Source: a virus
IMG/VR virus record: IMGVR_UViG_3300020180_000010
Span: 1 to 64,000 of that record
Strand: one strand, 5' to 3'
Length of the DNA stretch: 64,000 nucleotides
This document shows, one piece after another, positions 18,796 to 30,200 of the stretch. The notes beneath the pieces are model-generated. The model was given only the letters and a program-made list of their open reading frames with translations, did no database searches and was not told where the DNA came from. Numbering within the stretch: position 1 is the stretch's first letter; the number at the start of each line of letters is the position of its first letter. Made by a program: the position numbers and the translations under genes.

Positions 18796-19194
18796 GTGGC
18801 TATGAAGGACCGGATGTTCATTCAATCTTCTAATGGTTTAGTGTTTCGTTTGGGTCATGATAACGTTGTTTCGATGTCATCACGTGAAGTGCCTAATTGC
18901 TTGACATTCGAGCTTAACGAAATCCCTACAATTCAATTCAGGCCAGACGGAAGTTTTGACGTACTGTCTTCGCTGAGAGATGCCGCGGAATGTCTTTTCT
19001 GGGCCGCCATGCACCTAAAAGCATCGATGGATGATCGTACAGAGCTTGATCAATCGATCTGGATATTTGTTGGACAGCATCATCTGATGCTTTTTGAATC
19101 CGAACGGCCGTACTGGTCAGGGATCGAAACGGATCAGCTTGATCAAGTATTTGGATTGGTTGAGTCGTTCTGGAAACTAAAAAATATAAAATAA
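18796..19194 (+). CDS. hypothetical protein with shared C-terminal motif (KLKNIK)
   Basis: 132 aa ORF. Confidence 0.7.
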   Translation: MAMKDRMFIQSSNGLVFRLGHDNVVSMSSREVPNCLTFELNEIPTIQFRPDGSFDVLSSLRDAAECLFWAAMHLKASMDDRTELDQSIWIFVGQHHLMLFESERPYWSGIETDQLDQVFGLVESFWKLKNIK

Positions 19195-19198
19195 TGCA

Positions 19199-19585
19199 TC
19201 ATCGGTACGGATTGAACCTACAGAGGTAACATATAAAAGTATCGTCTGGCTGATTCGGTTCGGCCATCATTGCAAACTCTTTGCACCGATTGCACGCCAT
19301 CCCGACATTTCGGCTATAAAGGCGAACAATATGGCGATGTGTTAAGAAATAAACAGTTGATCCGATATACCGATCCGAAATCTCGTAATCTTTTATATTA
19401 TAATAATCTAATTTTACTGAATCTTTAAGACTCATGAGCGAGGGCACGTATATAAAATACCCTCCTTCAAATACTGATATTATCTGAAACTTTTTTGTTT
19501 CATCATAATCAGGTGTATCCGCAAGAACAATATGTGAGTCACGAATTTTACAAATCACGTCATCTGATACATGATAAGAAGTCAT
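19199..19585 (-). CDS. hypothetical protein with C-terminal zinc finger
   Basis: CNRC...AEPNQPDDTFICYLCR. Confidence 0.7.
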   Translation of the reverse strand: MTSYHVSDDVICKIRDSHIVLADTPDYDETKKFQIISVFEGGYFIYVPSLMSLKDSVKLDYYNIKDYEISDRYIGSTVYFLTHRHIVRLYSRNVGMACNRCKEFAMMAEPNQPDDTFICYLCRFNPYR

Positions 19586-19595
19586 GACGGTTTGA

Positions 19596-20105
19596 TTATT
19601 TAGAAGCCTGCCCCGTTATAGTGGTGATGGGTGATTCTGCGACCTTTACCGTGGGTTCATTATAAACGTATACGTTTATTCCAGATTCTATTAATTCTTT
19701 CGTTGCCGCGGCTTCAAATCCAGTAGTTCCGAACATATCTTCGGTTATGTGTACGGTTGCGGATTCGTATTTTGCCAACGCACCAACTTTTTTGATAGCA
19801 TTTTCAAATGCTTTCGTATCTAGCCCGTTCTTGTCCAGAACCAGAATATTCACAACCCATACATCGCTCTGAACCAATAACGACTGAATCTCACCTAACT
19901 TAAAATTAGTCCGGTTGGCATACCAAGTCTTTGCTTCAGTTCTGACTTTTCCCCATTTCTTAGTCAGTACTTTACAAAGAAAAGTATCTAACTTTACATC
20001 GGTATCGATAGGATTGAGAATCAATCTCAACCCAGAATTTTCTGGATTAGCTACGGTTCCTTTAATGTTTCTAAATTTGCCCTTTGGATTAAATTTTGTC
20101 ATCAC
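19596..20105 (-). CDS. macrodomain-fold protein (Poa1p/TARG1-like) with degenerate active site
   Basis: IKGTVANP..SG, KKW, FKLGEIQ..V.SDVWVVN, ATVHI follow the family order; GD and PRIGCG motifs are lost. Confidence 0.6.
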   Translation of the reverse strand: MMTKFNPKGKFRNIKGTVANPENSGLRLILNPIDTDVKLDTFLCKVLTKKWGKVRTEAKTWYANRTNFKLGEIQSLLVQSDVWVVNILVLDKNGLDTKAFENAIKKVGALAKYESATVHITEDMFGTTGFEAAATKELIESGINVYVYNEPTVKVAESPITTITGQASK

Positions 20106-20115
20106 TCTAAATATA

Positions 20116-20718
20116 TCACGTCAAAATCATTGATTCGATATGGTCCCATTTTTGTTTCAAGGTACTTCTGTCGTGCTGGCTCGTATCCAGATGTACCGTT
20201 CTGAATCCTGCTCGTTCCCCAGCTTCAAGGTTTTCTTGCCGATCATCCACGTATACAGAACCACTAAATGAAGGATTTTCCATCAAAAAACTTTGAAAGT
20301 ATATTTTTTGAGGTTTTCTCGCACCAATATCACAGCTTATATGATGTTTGCAAAAATAAAATATTTCACTTAAATGCTGGTCTATAGTGGATCGGTGTTC
20401 CGTGCCCATGTTCGATAACAACGCTACATCAATACCGTTCGTGGTAATGAGATTCTTGACACGTTCGATAGAATAGAGATTTGGTTTCAAAACCTCTTGC
20501 CACGACCACATAACTGATTCTATCTGATACGGTTCCAAATAAAACTTAGATTTAAATTCTCTATGAATATTATTATGCCCGATATCATGTCCTGATTGTA
20601 TTGAGCAGATCCAATCTATAATTTGATTATTATCTAGACCAGTAAAAGCTACCATTTTATTAACAAAAGGCCTAAGATCGATATCACACAATACATTTCC
20701 GATGTCTAACGCGAGCAT
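20116..20718 (-). CDS. HAD-superfamily phosphatase
   Basis: LDIGNVL, LSN, KP..IY, VDDR.EN. Confidence 0.88.
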   Translation of the reverse strand: MLALDIGNVLCDIDLRPFVNKMVAFTGLDNNQIIDWICSIQSGHDIGHNNIHREFKSKFYLEPYQIESVMWSWQEVLKPNLYSIERVKNLITTNGIDVALLSNMGTEHRSTIDQHLSEIFYFCKHHISCDIGARKPQKIYFQSFLMENPSFSGSVYVDDRQENLEAGERAGFRTVHLDTSQHDRSTLKQKWDHIESMILT

Positions 20719-21716
20719 TGTTTCTCCAAGTGTTCGTGAAGGTAATAGGTATTAGGGTCATGATTCAGTCGGTACGGCTCTGGATCCAGGTAATTTATCT
20801 GGTTGGTATTTTTCCTCGTCAGTACGATCTCCCCGATACCTTGCCGCTGAACAAAAAATCCATTCAGTACCGTATCCATATTAGCAGGGCTGCTGTATAC
20901 GAGACAATGTTTTTTATTATAAAAGGCATCCGCTACTAATGATGTTTCGCCGTGACTCAATACTAGATAGCAATTAGATATCATGTCAGCATATTCTTGG
21001 CTTTCAGCAGGAAAGTGCGGAATCGTATCACCATCCACGCCATTGAATTTTTCATAACTGAATGGACTAAATAACACGGCATCACCCAACGTTACTGCGT
21101 ATGACATGAACAGTTTATCGTTATGAAGAACCGTACAGACAACTTTTGGATCACATTTTACCGTAGATACGACATGATACGGCCGGATCCATCGGTACTC
21201 TGGCTTCAGGTCAGGTCTGAATTCTGAATCACACAGATAAGAATAAACAAAATTAAACTTAGCTGGTCCGCGTACCTTCTCAAACGAATGAAATGTTCTA
21301 TTTAGTCTGAAATAATGAAAATATTTTTTATTTATTTGTAATGATTTGCTAACTTTATCAGTTATGGCGCGGTAAAGTAATTTAGAACTTACGTTCCAGT
21401 ACGGAATATTTAATTGATTCGCAATGATAGCGGCATGATGATCAAGATCATTTATAATAAGATGAGGTGCGTATATTTTAATTTCATCTTTTAGACGATT
21501 GAATCCGATCCTTTCATTTAGAGGAAGGTTTGTTTCATAAAAGTCTAAAAAACTATCCATGGTGTAATCGGCTCCGATGGTCGGAGCGGAGCTGCTGAAT
21601 GCAGCTATTCTTAATTCATGTCGTTTCAGTATATCGGATTCATAGAATGCTTTTATGAACCTGGATAACTGAACAGAAGAAGAAGTGCTGTTATCGGCGA
21701 CGTAAAGAAATTTCAC
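20706..21716 (-). CDS. divergent GT-B fold glycosyltransferase-like protein
   Basis: PHLIINDLD and LSHGETSLVADAFYNKK resemble the PDxIIxD and HGGxxTxxEAxxxGKP signatures. Confidence 0.5.
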   Translation of the reverse strand: MKFLYVADNSTSSSVQLSRFIKAFYESDILKRHELRIAAFSSSAPTIGADYTMDSFLDFYETNLPLNERIGFNRLKDEIKIYAPHLIINDLDHHAAIIANQLNIPYWNVSSKLLYRAITDKVSKSLQINKKYFHYFRLNRTFHSFEKVRGPAKFNFVYSYLCDSEFRPDLKPEYRWIRPYHVVSTVKCDPKVVCTVLHNDKLFMSYAVTLGDAVLFSPFSYEKFNGVDGDTIPHFPAESQEYADMISNCYLVLSHGETSLVADAFYNKKHCLVYSSPANMDTVLNGFFVQRQGIGEIVLTRKNTNQINYLDPEPYRLNHDPNTYYLHEHLEKQCSR

Positions 21717-22321
21717 TTATTAATTCTTTTAGCCAGTTCTACCAGTTTAGTAAATACGCTTACTGTCGCGTGGACGTCTGATTCAGCATTGTGGGCTTTG
21801 CCGATCCGTTTGACTCCCAGGTCTTTAATAAGACCATTCAGGTGGTAGCTCTGTCGTTCCTGACCCGTAACGTAATCCAGAAAAGCCGCTATTTGCATCG
21901 TATCAAGATACATCCGGCCGAATGGAAACGTTTCTGACTGATCATGTCGCTTCCAAAGATTTTGTAGGAATCCTTTATCGAAGGTAATGTTTTGTCCCAC
22001 CAGGACTCTTTCTGTACTGGTCATACCGTCTTGCATTAGGAATGATTCTACCTCAACCAAAACTTTAGAAGGATCCTGATAAACAATTCTGCTGGTATTG
22101 GTTTCTTTATTTTCTGGTCTAAACCCAGCTTTAAGGTCTTCCAGACGATGACCGTTAATCCGAAGGGCTTCCGGTTCCGCAGTTGAGAGATCCATTGGCT
22201 TTAAAAAGAATGTTTTTTGAACCTGATCGGAAAGTCGGAATAAGGATAACTCTATAATCTCATGAATACGATCGTCAATGCCGGTTGTTTCGACGTCCGT
22301 TACGTACAGTATATTAGCCAT
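21713..22321 (-). CDS. DEDDh 3'-5' exonuclease
   Basis: DVETTG, GQNITFD, HNAESD; start moved to MANILYV. Confidence 0.9.
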   Translation of the reverse strand: MANILYVTDVETTGIDDRIHEIIELSLFRLSDQVQKTFFLKPMDLSTAEPEALRINGHRLEDLKAGFRPENKETNTSRIVYQDPSKVLVEVESFLMQDGMTSTERVLVGQNITFDKGFLQNLWKRHDQSETFPFGRMYLDTMQIAAFLDYVTGQERQSYHLNGLIKDLGVKRIGKAHNAESDVHATVSVFTKLVELAKRINK

Positions 22322-22332
22322 AATACCCGTGG

Positions 22333-22527
22333 CTATGGATACGTATCTTCTCGACAATCGGGTGTCGGTCTATCCGGTTCAGGTTCACAAATTAATTCAC
22401 TACTAATCATCGCGACTCGATAATTAAAATTATCTTTATTTATTTGTCGGGCCAGATTCAGACGTTCTGATTCGGTCAGAACCGTTGCGGTCAGAACCGT
22501 TGCGGTCAGATTAATTTTTTTAGACAT
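22333..22527 (-). CDS. hypothetical protein
   Basis: 64 aa ORF containing an in-frame LTATV duplication. Confidence 0.45.
   Translation of the reverse strand: MSKKINLTATVLTATVLTESERLNLARQINKDNFNYRVAMISSELICEPEPDRPTPDCREDTYP
22473..22510. repeat. 15-bp tandem repeat x2.5
   Basis: CGGTCAGAACCGTTG repeated exactly. Confidence 0.9.
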
Positions 22528-22838
22528 GATTTTAGATGACCGATGCCTTTCCAGTCTGATTTGAAGTGACGTACTAAAAAAGTCAATCCTTCCGGAGTAT
22601 GCAAATATGAACGCATAGCCAGAGTAAGTTTGGATCCTTCGATAGTTTCGATAATTTTATTATCACGCATTAATCTCCAATTCTCTCCTTTATTAGAGAG
22701 CTGGATTCTTCTGACTCTCAGAACCGGATCACAAATATCATCTTCTTCTTTATAGAGTTCAAATTCGTATCTTCCGGCGCCAATTTTACCACTTTGAGTT
22801 CTGGTTGATTCAAAATCACCTATATCATTTTTCTTCAT
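22506..22838 (-). CDS. hypothetical protein
   Basis: 110 aa ORF, ATGA-coupled. Confidence 0.7.
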   Translation of the reverse strand: MKKNDIGDFESTRTQSGKIGAGRYEFELYKEEDDICDPVLRVRRIQLSNKGENWRLMRDNKIIETIEGSKLTLAMRSYLHTPEGLTFLVRHFKSDWKGIGHLKSCLKKLI

Positions 22839-24046
22839 TTAAATATCCCGTCTGCCGCGACCACTCCCGATACCACGGCTCCCATCAATCCAACGATTCC
22901 CGCACTCTCTCCAGCTACTGATAAATTATTCATTTCTGTAGTAAAATCATCCTCCAATTTAACCTTTGGAGCCAATGGTAGAATCATCGGAACATAAAAA
23001 TATCCTTTATTAATAAAATTAGGAATAATCAGATCTATTTCTCGGCACGTATCGACCAACCAATCAAATTCCTGAATAACTGATATTTTACTTTTTTTAG
23101 TCATGATGGTTTGCACTCGTTCCCTAGAAACCCGATCATTTGATAATAAAAATGCCAGTTTTCCTAGTCTTGCGTTCTGCTCAACGCCTGAACCTTCAAA
23201 ACGTCTTGAGCCTATAATTTGAAACGAAACCTTATCAGTTTTCCATCTGTTTTCATTAGATCGGAATGCAGATATCGCCAGATCAACATGATCTTCCGGA
23301 ATAACTGTACCGTTCCAACTTACCGGGCCAATCTGCAAACCTTCTTTCATTATGGTGCAGTTTGAACGGCGAAAATCTTTCATATATGTTGTCGGGAGTT
23401 CTGCATGGATTCCGAATGTCGCGGTGTCGTTATGGTCTATTATTCCGAATCTACTGAATTGTTCCGTAGCCCATCTCCAGCCACTACGACCAACTGATAT
23501 GAGAATATTTTTAGCATGAAAATCACCTTCTTGAGTCGTCAAGACAAAAGAAGTTTTTTGTTTATGAATTCTGAATACTTCATTATCAAAACTAAATTTA
23601 ATACTAGGATCTTCGAGATCCGTAGCTAATTGTTTTGATAATAAATGAATTTCTTTAGGATAAAGTTGATAATAATTATTTAATTGATATTCGAATGAAT
23701 TATGACTTAATCGTTTTTGAGCCGTTACGAGTATATTTTTATCTTTTATTAGATTAAAGTCAATTATATTTCCAATATAATTACGACACCAAGTAGCGGC
23801 GGATTTGGCTTTTTTATTTCCACAGATCTGAGCGACGCGCAGGGTATCGGTTTCATAGAATTTACCGTCTGAATTCGGTAGCGCTCCGAGCCATCCTTCG
23901 AGCTGTCTCCGGCGTTTCGCCGGAGGTCTTCCGGAATCCAGAACAATTATTTTAAGATTTTTATACTGTCTGGATAGTCTCAGGGCAGCAAAGCTTCCTG
24001 CCAATCCTGCTCCAATAATCGCAACATCATAATTTTGATTCATCAA
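22835..24046 (-). CDS. FAD-dependent oxidoreductase
   Basis: DVAIIGAGLAG, SDGK, VGRSG, VAGESAG...AVVSG. Confidence 0.8.
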   Translation of the reverse strand: MMNQNYDVAIIGAGLAGSFAALRLSRQYKNLKIIVLDSGRPPAKRRRQLEGWLGALPNSDGKFYETDTLRVAQICGNKKAKSAATWCRNYIGNIIDFNLIKDKNILVTAQKRLSHNSFEYQLNNYYQLYPKEIHLLSKQLATDLEDPSIKFSFDNEVFRIHKQKTSFVLTTQEGDFHAKNILISVGRSGWRWATEQFSRFGIIDHNDTATFGIHAELPTTYMKDFRRSNCTIMKEGLQIGPVSWNGTVIPEDHVDLAISAFRSNENRWKTDKVSFQIIGSRRFEGSGVEQNARLGKLAFLLSNDRVSRERVQTIMTKKSKISVIQEFDWLVDTCREIDLIIPNFINKGYFYVPMILPLAPKVKLEDDFTTEMNNLSVAGESAGIVGLMGAVVSGVVAADGIFK

Positions 24047-24127
24047 TTCCCATCAAAGATAAGCTGAAAGGTTGGTCTGACCGAGCCCATTCAGCCCTAC
24101 TATATCGTTTGATTAGAATTGTTATGA

Positions 24128-24763
24128 TTAAGTTTGAATCATTTTTATGTCCTGATCAATCAGGTTATCCATGATATCATAATAGTCTTGCTCATAATAA
24201 GGCCTCTCTCCTGCACGGAAACGAGCCAATAAATCTTTAAAATAACCACTCATGTCACCAAATGGCCACATATAATAATAGTATGATGTTCTGAATTGTT
24301 CAGAGTAATTAGCAACGTGACTATCAAAATTTATTTTATTGCCTTGCAATTCTAGACGATACAATACGTATAATGAAAAAGAATAAGCTTTCTTTTCATA
24401 ATACATTCTGTAATAAGCCGGTACTGGACTCAGACAGATCCCCAACCATACTAGACTCCAGAACCAACTTATCATGAATATCGGTATAGCGAATAAGAAC
24501 ATACATTGTGGGAAAAGATACAGAAATGCAAATGAGAATCCAGGCAATCTATTGTAATCCATGATATGGATAAGTTCATGCATGAATATAGTTTTGGCCG
24601 TTACGGGGTATGTCCGGACAAAATTTTCTGAAGGAAAATAAATTGTATTGCCGATGGTTGTAGTGTAGCGAGTCATGAAAGATTTATTAAAAAATAAAAT
24701 CTTGCTAAGAATCAGCATAAACAAAGATTTATCTTTAAATTTAATTTTATAATCTGGCAACAT
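24128..24763 (-). CDS. membrane zinc metallopeptidase-like protein
   Basis: TTTIGNTIYFP, HELIH (HExxH), two hydrophobic helices, E.KAY. Confidence 0.65.
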   Translation of the reverse strand: MLPDYKIKFKDKSLFMLILSKILFFNKSFMTRYTTTIGNTIYFPSENFVRTYPVTAKTIFMHELIHIMDYNRLPGFSFAFLYLFPQCMFLFAIPIFMISWFWSLVWLGICLSPVPAYYRMYYEKKAYSFSLYVLYRLELQGNKINFDSHVANYSEQFRTSYYYYMWPFGDMSGYFKDLLARFRAGERPYYEQDYYDIMDNLIDQDIKMIQT

Positions 24764-24820
24764 GTTACCCGTATACGTTAAAGTTAGTTGTGCCGTACTG
24801 TCTTTTGCCGAATCATATGA

Positions 24821-27265
24821 TTATGAACTCGTTACAACGGTCCCGTATAGGTAACTCATGTAAATTCCGTTGAATGGACTTCCGTTGAGATTGCTCCATG
24901 TTCCTAGAGTTGATGAGGCCGGGACGCTAGAACTTGCAATTAATGGAGATATGGCGGATGCTTGTGCATCGAATTCTATTTCAGATGAACCTGTTATTTT
25001 TCCACCATTAGTCACGACAACATTCGCACCATGGTCTACTTGCAAACCAAAAGTATTACCATTACCGAAAGGCCCGTTCAGTTTTACTTTACCGACACTG
25101 TTGATAAAAATACCATCACCATTGAATACAGCTGGCGATTCAACGTATATACTTCTAGATCCGGTTATCTTAAATTTGTTGTTCACCATAACCGGATACA
25201 AAATACTATCGACCGCACCGCCTATACTTACCACTCTTCCGATACCATCTAAAGTAAAATGAGTATTGTGGCACGTATGGGTAAGTTTTACGTTACGATA
25301 AATGATCAGTTCCGCACCAGAGAAAGATGTATGGACCGCGTGAAAATCAGAACCAGACTTATGTATATTTCCTATTATGTGACAATTTGAGAATAATACA
25401 GATGTAATTTCATTGAATATTATTTCGTTATTTATTCTTAAATTAACTAATCTTAGTGCCGGTATATTGGAACCTGAAACATCTAAATTGTCTCCTGTTT
25501 CAAACGAAATAGATATAGCTCCCCCGGAGAACACTGCTTCATCTACAATTTTCAGTGCAGTGCTGGCTGCTGGGGGCGTTACGGTATTACCATTACCATC
25601 ATTCCAATATCCAACATTTCCAGATCCTACGGTGCCCGCAACTATACGGGCCTTTACTGTATTACCAGTATTTCTTACTTCGTATCCAATATAATTACTA
25701 AAATTAACAGTATTCGCTACATCATCTACCGTACCTAAAGTGTTTCCGGTAAAATCCGTGTGAGTCGCCGCGGATGCTCCGGTAGTGAATGATTCAGAGA
25801 CAGTTGTATTGTCGCCTCTTATTTCTAATGTTGGTACAGGATGACTATTATCCCTACCAATATCCGCTACTCTTATGGTTAAGGCAATATTATCACTGTA
25901 CGTATCTGTTAAATTTATCACAGTTGATTTAGATAACTCACCACCGATACGCCTTTCCCATTCATCTATTGATGCAAGGGCTGTTCCGGACGACGCGCCC
26001 GATGCCTCATTATCTCCGGCAACGTTATCTATGTACCAAGTAGCTTGAGCTTGCCATTTTTTTGAAGGAATATGTAATCTTGTCCAAGATTTATTATTGG
26101 ATGATGTTACGATCCTGAACGGCTCCGCCGTAAGTAAAACATCCGGATAGCTAAAATAAGCATCCAGCGACTCTACCCATGCCAATTCCCCACCCGTATA
26201 AGCTGAATCATTCAGTGCTGCCAGTGCTGTGAGGTTAGCTACATTCACTACACCTCCACCGCCACCTCCGGATGCCAATGCGTACCAGGCCCCGCCTTGT
26301 CGTGTATAAAGACCATTCGATGCTCCGGATCCATCGGTCCGCATGAATACTGAGCCATTATTTTCGGAAGTCGCCGGTACTCCGGTTCCGCTGGATACGG
26401 TCGGTGGAGAACTCAAACCTACACCGAATTTAAGTGCATCGGCACTTGTAGTACCGATATTCATAACCGTCGTTGTATTGGTTATGAACCTTGCTCCGGC
26501 GTGACCTTGTAATGTATTTATACCGGCATTGTTATAATTTATAGCCTGATTCGATGCAGATGTCAGTGTACCACCCGTTACAGCGGATAAGCTAACAAGA
26601 GATCCGGTCAAACCTGCCTGTGCGGCAGAGGATGTATCGTTTGTAGCGGTATTACCTATGGCCCAGGCGCCGGTTTGCCAGATGCGCCCGCCTACTGGTG
26701 TCCCGGTGACAAAATCGATACGACCGTGATTAGATGTTCCGGTCCCGGCCCGGAGTGATAAATTCCCACCCGTACTGGTGGTGCCGGTAGCATTCTGTGC
26801 TTGAATAGTTAGATTTTGGGCCGTGACGGAAGCAGTACTGTCGTCTGTTTGGTTTAAAGTCGGACTAGTCGTGGCGATATTCCATCTTATCGTTGCCGCA
26901 GTAGTGGCGATGCTTAAAATCCCACCACTTCCGGTCAACGACACAACTTGCTGACTCGAACTGGATCCCGTCAGGTCTCCACCGGCACTAAAAGCTCCGC
27001 TTCCTGTAACAGAATACCAAGCTCCACCCTGGCGAGAATACACAGCATCGGATGCGCCGGTTCCGTCAGACCTCAACCATACCGATCCGTTTGGGTCGGA
27101 TGCCGTGGGAGCCCCGGTACCGCTGGTTATGACGGGTCCTCCAGATGTTCCGATGGTATGGGTTACGGCCCGGACTTCTCCGGTCGTGATGATGGTTTGG
27201 GACCCGAAATTAGGAGTTACGAGGGACCCAGATATTGTGATGGGGCCAAGAATATTATAAGCCAT
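24821..27265 (-). CDS. virion fibre protein
   Basis: GTGAP...NGSV.LR.DG modules, GGDLTGSSSSQQVV linker, beta-helix-like C-terminus. Confidence 0.75.
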   Translation of the reverse strand: MAYNILGPITISGSLVTPNFGSQTIITTGEVRAVTHTIGTSGGPVITSGTGAPTASDPNGSVWLRSDGTGASDAVYSRQGGAWYSVTGSGAFSAGGDLTGSSSSQQVVSLTGSGGILSIATTAATIRWNIATTSPTLNQTDDSTASVTAQNLTIQAQNATGTTSTGGNLSLRAGTGTSNHGRIDFVTGTPVGGRIWQTGAWAIGNTATNDTSSAAQAGLTGSLVSLSAVTGGTLTSASNQAINYNNAGINTLQGHAGARFITNTTTVMNIGTTSADALKFGVGLSSPPTVSSGTGVPATSENNGSVFMRTDGSGASNGLYTRQGGAWYALASGGGGGGVVNVANLTALAALNDSAYTGGELAWVESLDAYFSYPDVLLTAEPFRIVTSSNNKSWTRLHIPSKKWQAQATWYIDNVAGDNEASGASSGTALASIDEWERRIGGELSKSTVINLTDTYSDNIALTIRVADIGRDNSHPVPTLEIRGDNTTVSESFTTGASAATHTDFTGNTLGTVDDVANTVNFSNYIGYEVRNTGNTVKARIVAGTVGSGNVGYWNDGNGNTVTPPAASTALKIVDEAVFSGGAISISFETGDNLDVSGSNIPALRLVNLRINNEIIFNEITSVLFSNCHIIGNIHKSGSDFHAVHTSFSGAELIIYRNVKLTHTCHNTHFTLDGIGRVVSIGGAVDSILYPVMVNNKFKITGSRSIYVESPAVFNGDGIFINSVGKVKLNGPFGNGNTFGLQVDHGANVVVTNGGKITGSSEIEFDAQASAISPLIASSSVPASSTLGTWSNLNGSPFNGIYMSYLYGTVVTSS

Positions 27266-30200
27266 TACAGAACACTCCAGGTTGAGCCGGTGTACGTGAC
27301 CTGCACGGCTGCATAGTTTTGATTAATTACATACGTCGCGCTACCATCAATATTGGCGCTCGTGGGACTGATCGTGATGGTGTTGGTCGCGGCTCCACCC
27401 ACCGTATCTTTTATTAAATATGTATCGCCGGTTGCAGGTGACGCAGGAATCGTTATAGTGATGTTTGTACTGAGCGTTCCCACGGCAATAATATCATCCG
27501 TACCCAATACGGCATAGTCAGCAGTTATACTGGTGACGTGTCTCCGCACACCTCTCACGATAATGAATTTATTATCAGCTGCCGAAACAACAGTATTTCC
27601 ATTAACTTGAAGCTCTACCGTACCGTTCAGAATAGTTCCGGTACCACCTTTGAGTAAAAGCTTGCCGCCTACGCTAGAGGTTCCGGTTGCGTTTTGTGCC
27701 CGGATTATTAAATTTTGAGCCGTGGCACTATTTGTTGTATTGTCTGCTTGTGATAATGTTGGTGCGGAGGTTCCGGTGACCCACTGTACCAATGCTCCGG
27801 TACTGGCAATGCTTAGAGTCCCGGCTGAACCGGTCAGCGATACTACTTGCTGACTTGAACTGGACCCGGTTAGGTCACCACCAGCGGTAAACCCACCCCC
27901 GCCGCCTAATGCATACCAAGCTCCACCCTGCCGCGTATACACGCCATCACTTCCGCTGGATCCGTCAGTCCTGAGAAAAACAGATCCGTTCGGATCAGAT
28001 GCAGAAGGCGTTCCGGTACCTTTGGATATGATGGGCCCGCCCGAACCTACCGTATGAGTGGCTCCCAGGACGTCTCCGGTCGTGACGATATTTTGTGAAC
28101 CAAAATCTGGACTTATTTTGGTACCGGCAATCGCCGCGGATGCCGATACATTTGCATTCGCTATTAATGCATACGAAAGTGCAGAGCTTCCGGAGACTTG
28201 CAAAACATGCCCGGTCGTGAGGGAACCGGCTGCCGGGACCGTGGCACCGTTGACCTTTGCTACGACGCTTGCTCCGGTGTTTCCCGTAACATCCCCGGCC
28301 ATGGTTTGACTGACTTGATTTGCCGCTGGTAACGATCCTGTTACGTAATTAGCTCCACCGGCAAGATTAAGCGCTGAATAACTAAGAGCACTTGATCCCG
28401 TAACATAAAGACCATTTCCTGTGGTGAGGGATCCCGCGGCCGGAACAGTAGCGCTGTTTATCTTGATAACTGTAGGATTGGGATAAGTTCCGGATAGATC
28501 ACCACCGGCGGTACCCGTTGGAGCACCACCGCTAGATAGGGTTACCGTAACATGGTCATTTGAAGAATCATCAACAATAGAAGTAACGGCCGAGCCGGTG
28601 ATGTTGATACTTTTTCTCGCCGCTACTAGAGTGCCGGTGTTTTTGACCGAAACATTTGATTGGTAGATTTTATTTAGTGTTCCGAGAAATCCAGACTGAG
28701 TCCCGTATTGAGTATCCGTATACAGATAAACGTTTAATATTGATCCGGATACGCCAGAGATGCATCCATTCGGAAGAACTACACCTGGATCCAGGTACAG
28801 ATTAACAATGATGGTGCTACCGCCACCCCAGGTAAGTAATTTAGCAGAATTAGCTAATGAAAATGATCCTTTTATATACAGATTCAGGACATCAGTTGGT
28901 GAACTGGTATCCATCAAGATTAAAAACTGTGAAGAACCGCTGTCAGCTTTTACATTTTCTAATGTTATGGATCTGGAATAAGCGTCAGTCCCCTCAACCG
29001 GATATGCAATGGAACTGATCGGCGCTCCAGAACCAAAAGAAATAGTTAAATCTTTTATTAATTTAACATTTCTTATAAGTGCGCCCGACGCCATAGTTAA
29101 TGTAGAGTTGTATGGAGAGCTTAAGCTTCTGGTCAGGCCGATCAGATCTAAGAAACCCTGACCTTCATAAACTCCAGATGTAACGGTTCCCGTTTCTATA
29201 TATATTTGTCTGTTACCACGAAAATTCTTAACATTTGCCCACAGAGGGTCCCAAGTATTATAGATGTCGCTGGATGCCGGGGCAAAATTTACAAAGTAAA
29301 ATACAGGGCTAGTATTGAGCGGAATAACATTAAGCGTTCCTAAGAAACCAGCCTGTACCGAAGCAAATGAAGCGCCGCGGGCAACGTAAACATTTACGGT
29401 AGATCCGGATACTCCGGCAAGTTTTCCAATACCAATATTAACACCGGATTCGAGGTAAAGATTAAGTGTTCTGGATGTCGTCCCGACATTAATGAGATAA
29501 GCTCCGCTCGCATGAGTTTCGCTGAACGGACCTCTTATCCGGATCGTAGTATTCTTATCAATACGTATGGATGCTGGGTCCGAAGATATTCCGGTATTTA
29601 CAAATGCGCAATTTTCAATTAAACAAAAATCAGAAGTAGCGCCGGAACTAAAAAGAACCGATCCGTGTCCGGTTGGACTTCCACCAGTATCGATATCTGA
29701 TATGTTTAAATTTTTTAATGATAATGGAGATTTTAATGGCATTCCCCACGGAACCGAAAGATCTTCCCGAACATCCGTGCCATCAGCAAAGCCATTGACT
29801 TCAATACCATGAAGGTCAGCAGAAGCAGTATTGACTGCACTGATTCCGGAAACACTGTCGATCAATAATGATCTGATTCCACCGGCACCGGATCCAGAAA
29901 GAGCAGTCAAGGCAGTAGAAAAAGATGTATATACGTTTCCAGTTGCGGAACCGCCTTCTCGATACGAAACAGCCGTGGGAAGTGAACCCACACCACTATT
30001 TACCGTTACGGTGACCTGATCATTTACAGAATCGTCAACGATCGAGGCCACTGCCGTACCGGTGATGTTGATGCTTTTACGAGCCCCGACTAGAGTCCCG
30101 GTATTTTTAACCGAAACATTAGTTCTGTATATTTTATTTAGCGTACCGAGGAATCCAGATTGTGCTCCGAATTGAGTATCGGTGTAAAGATAAACGTTTA

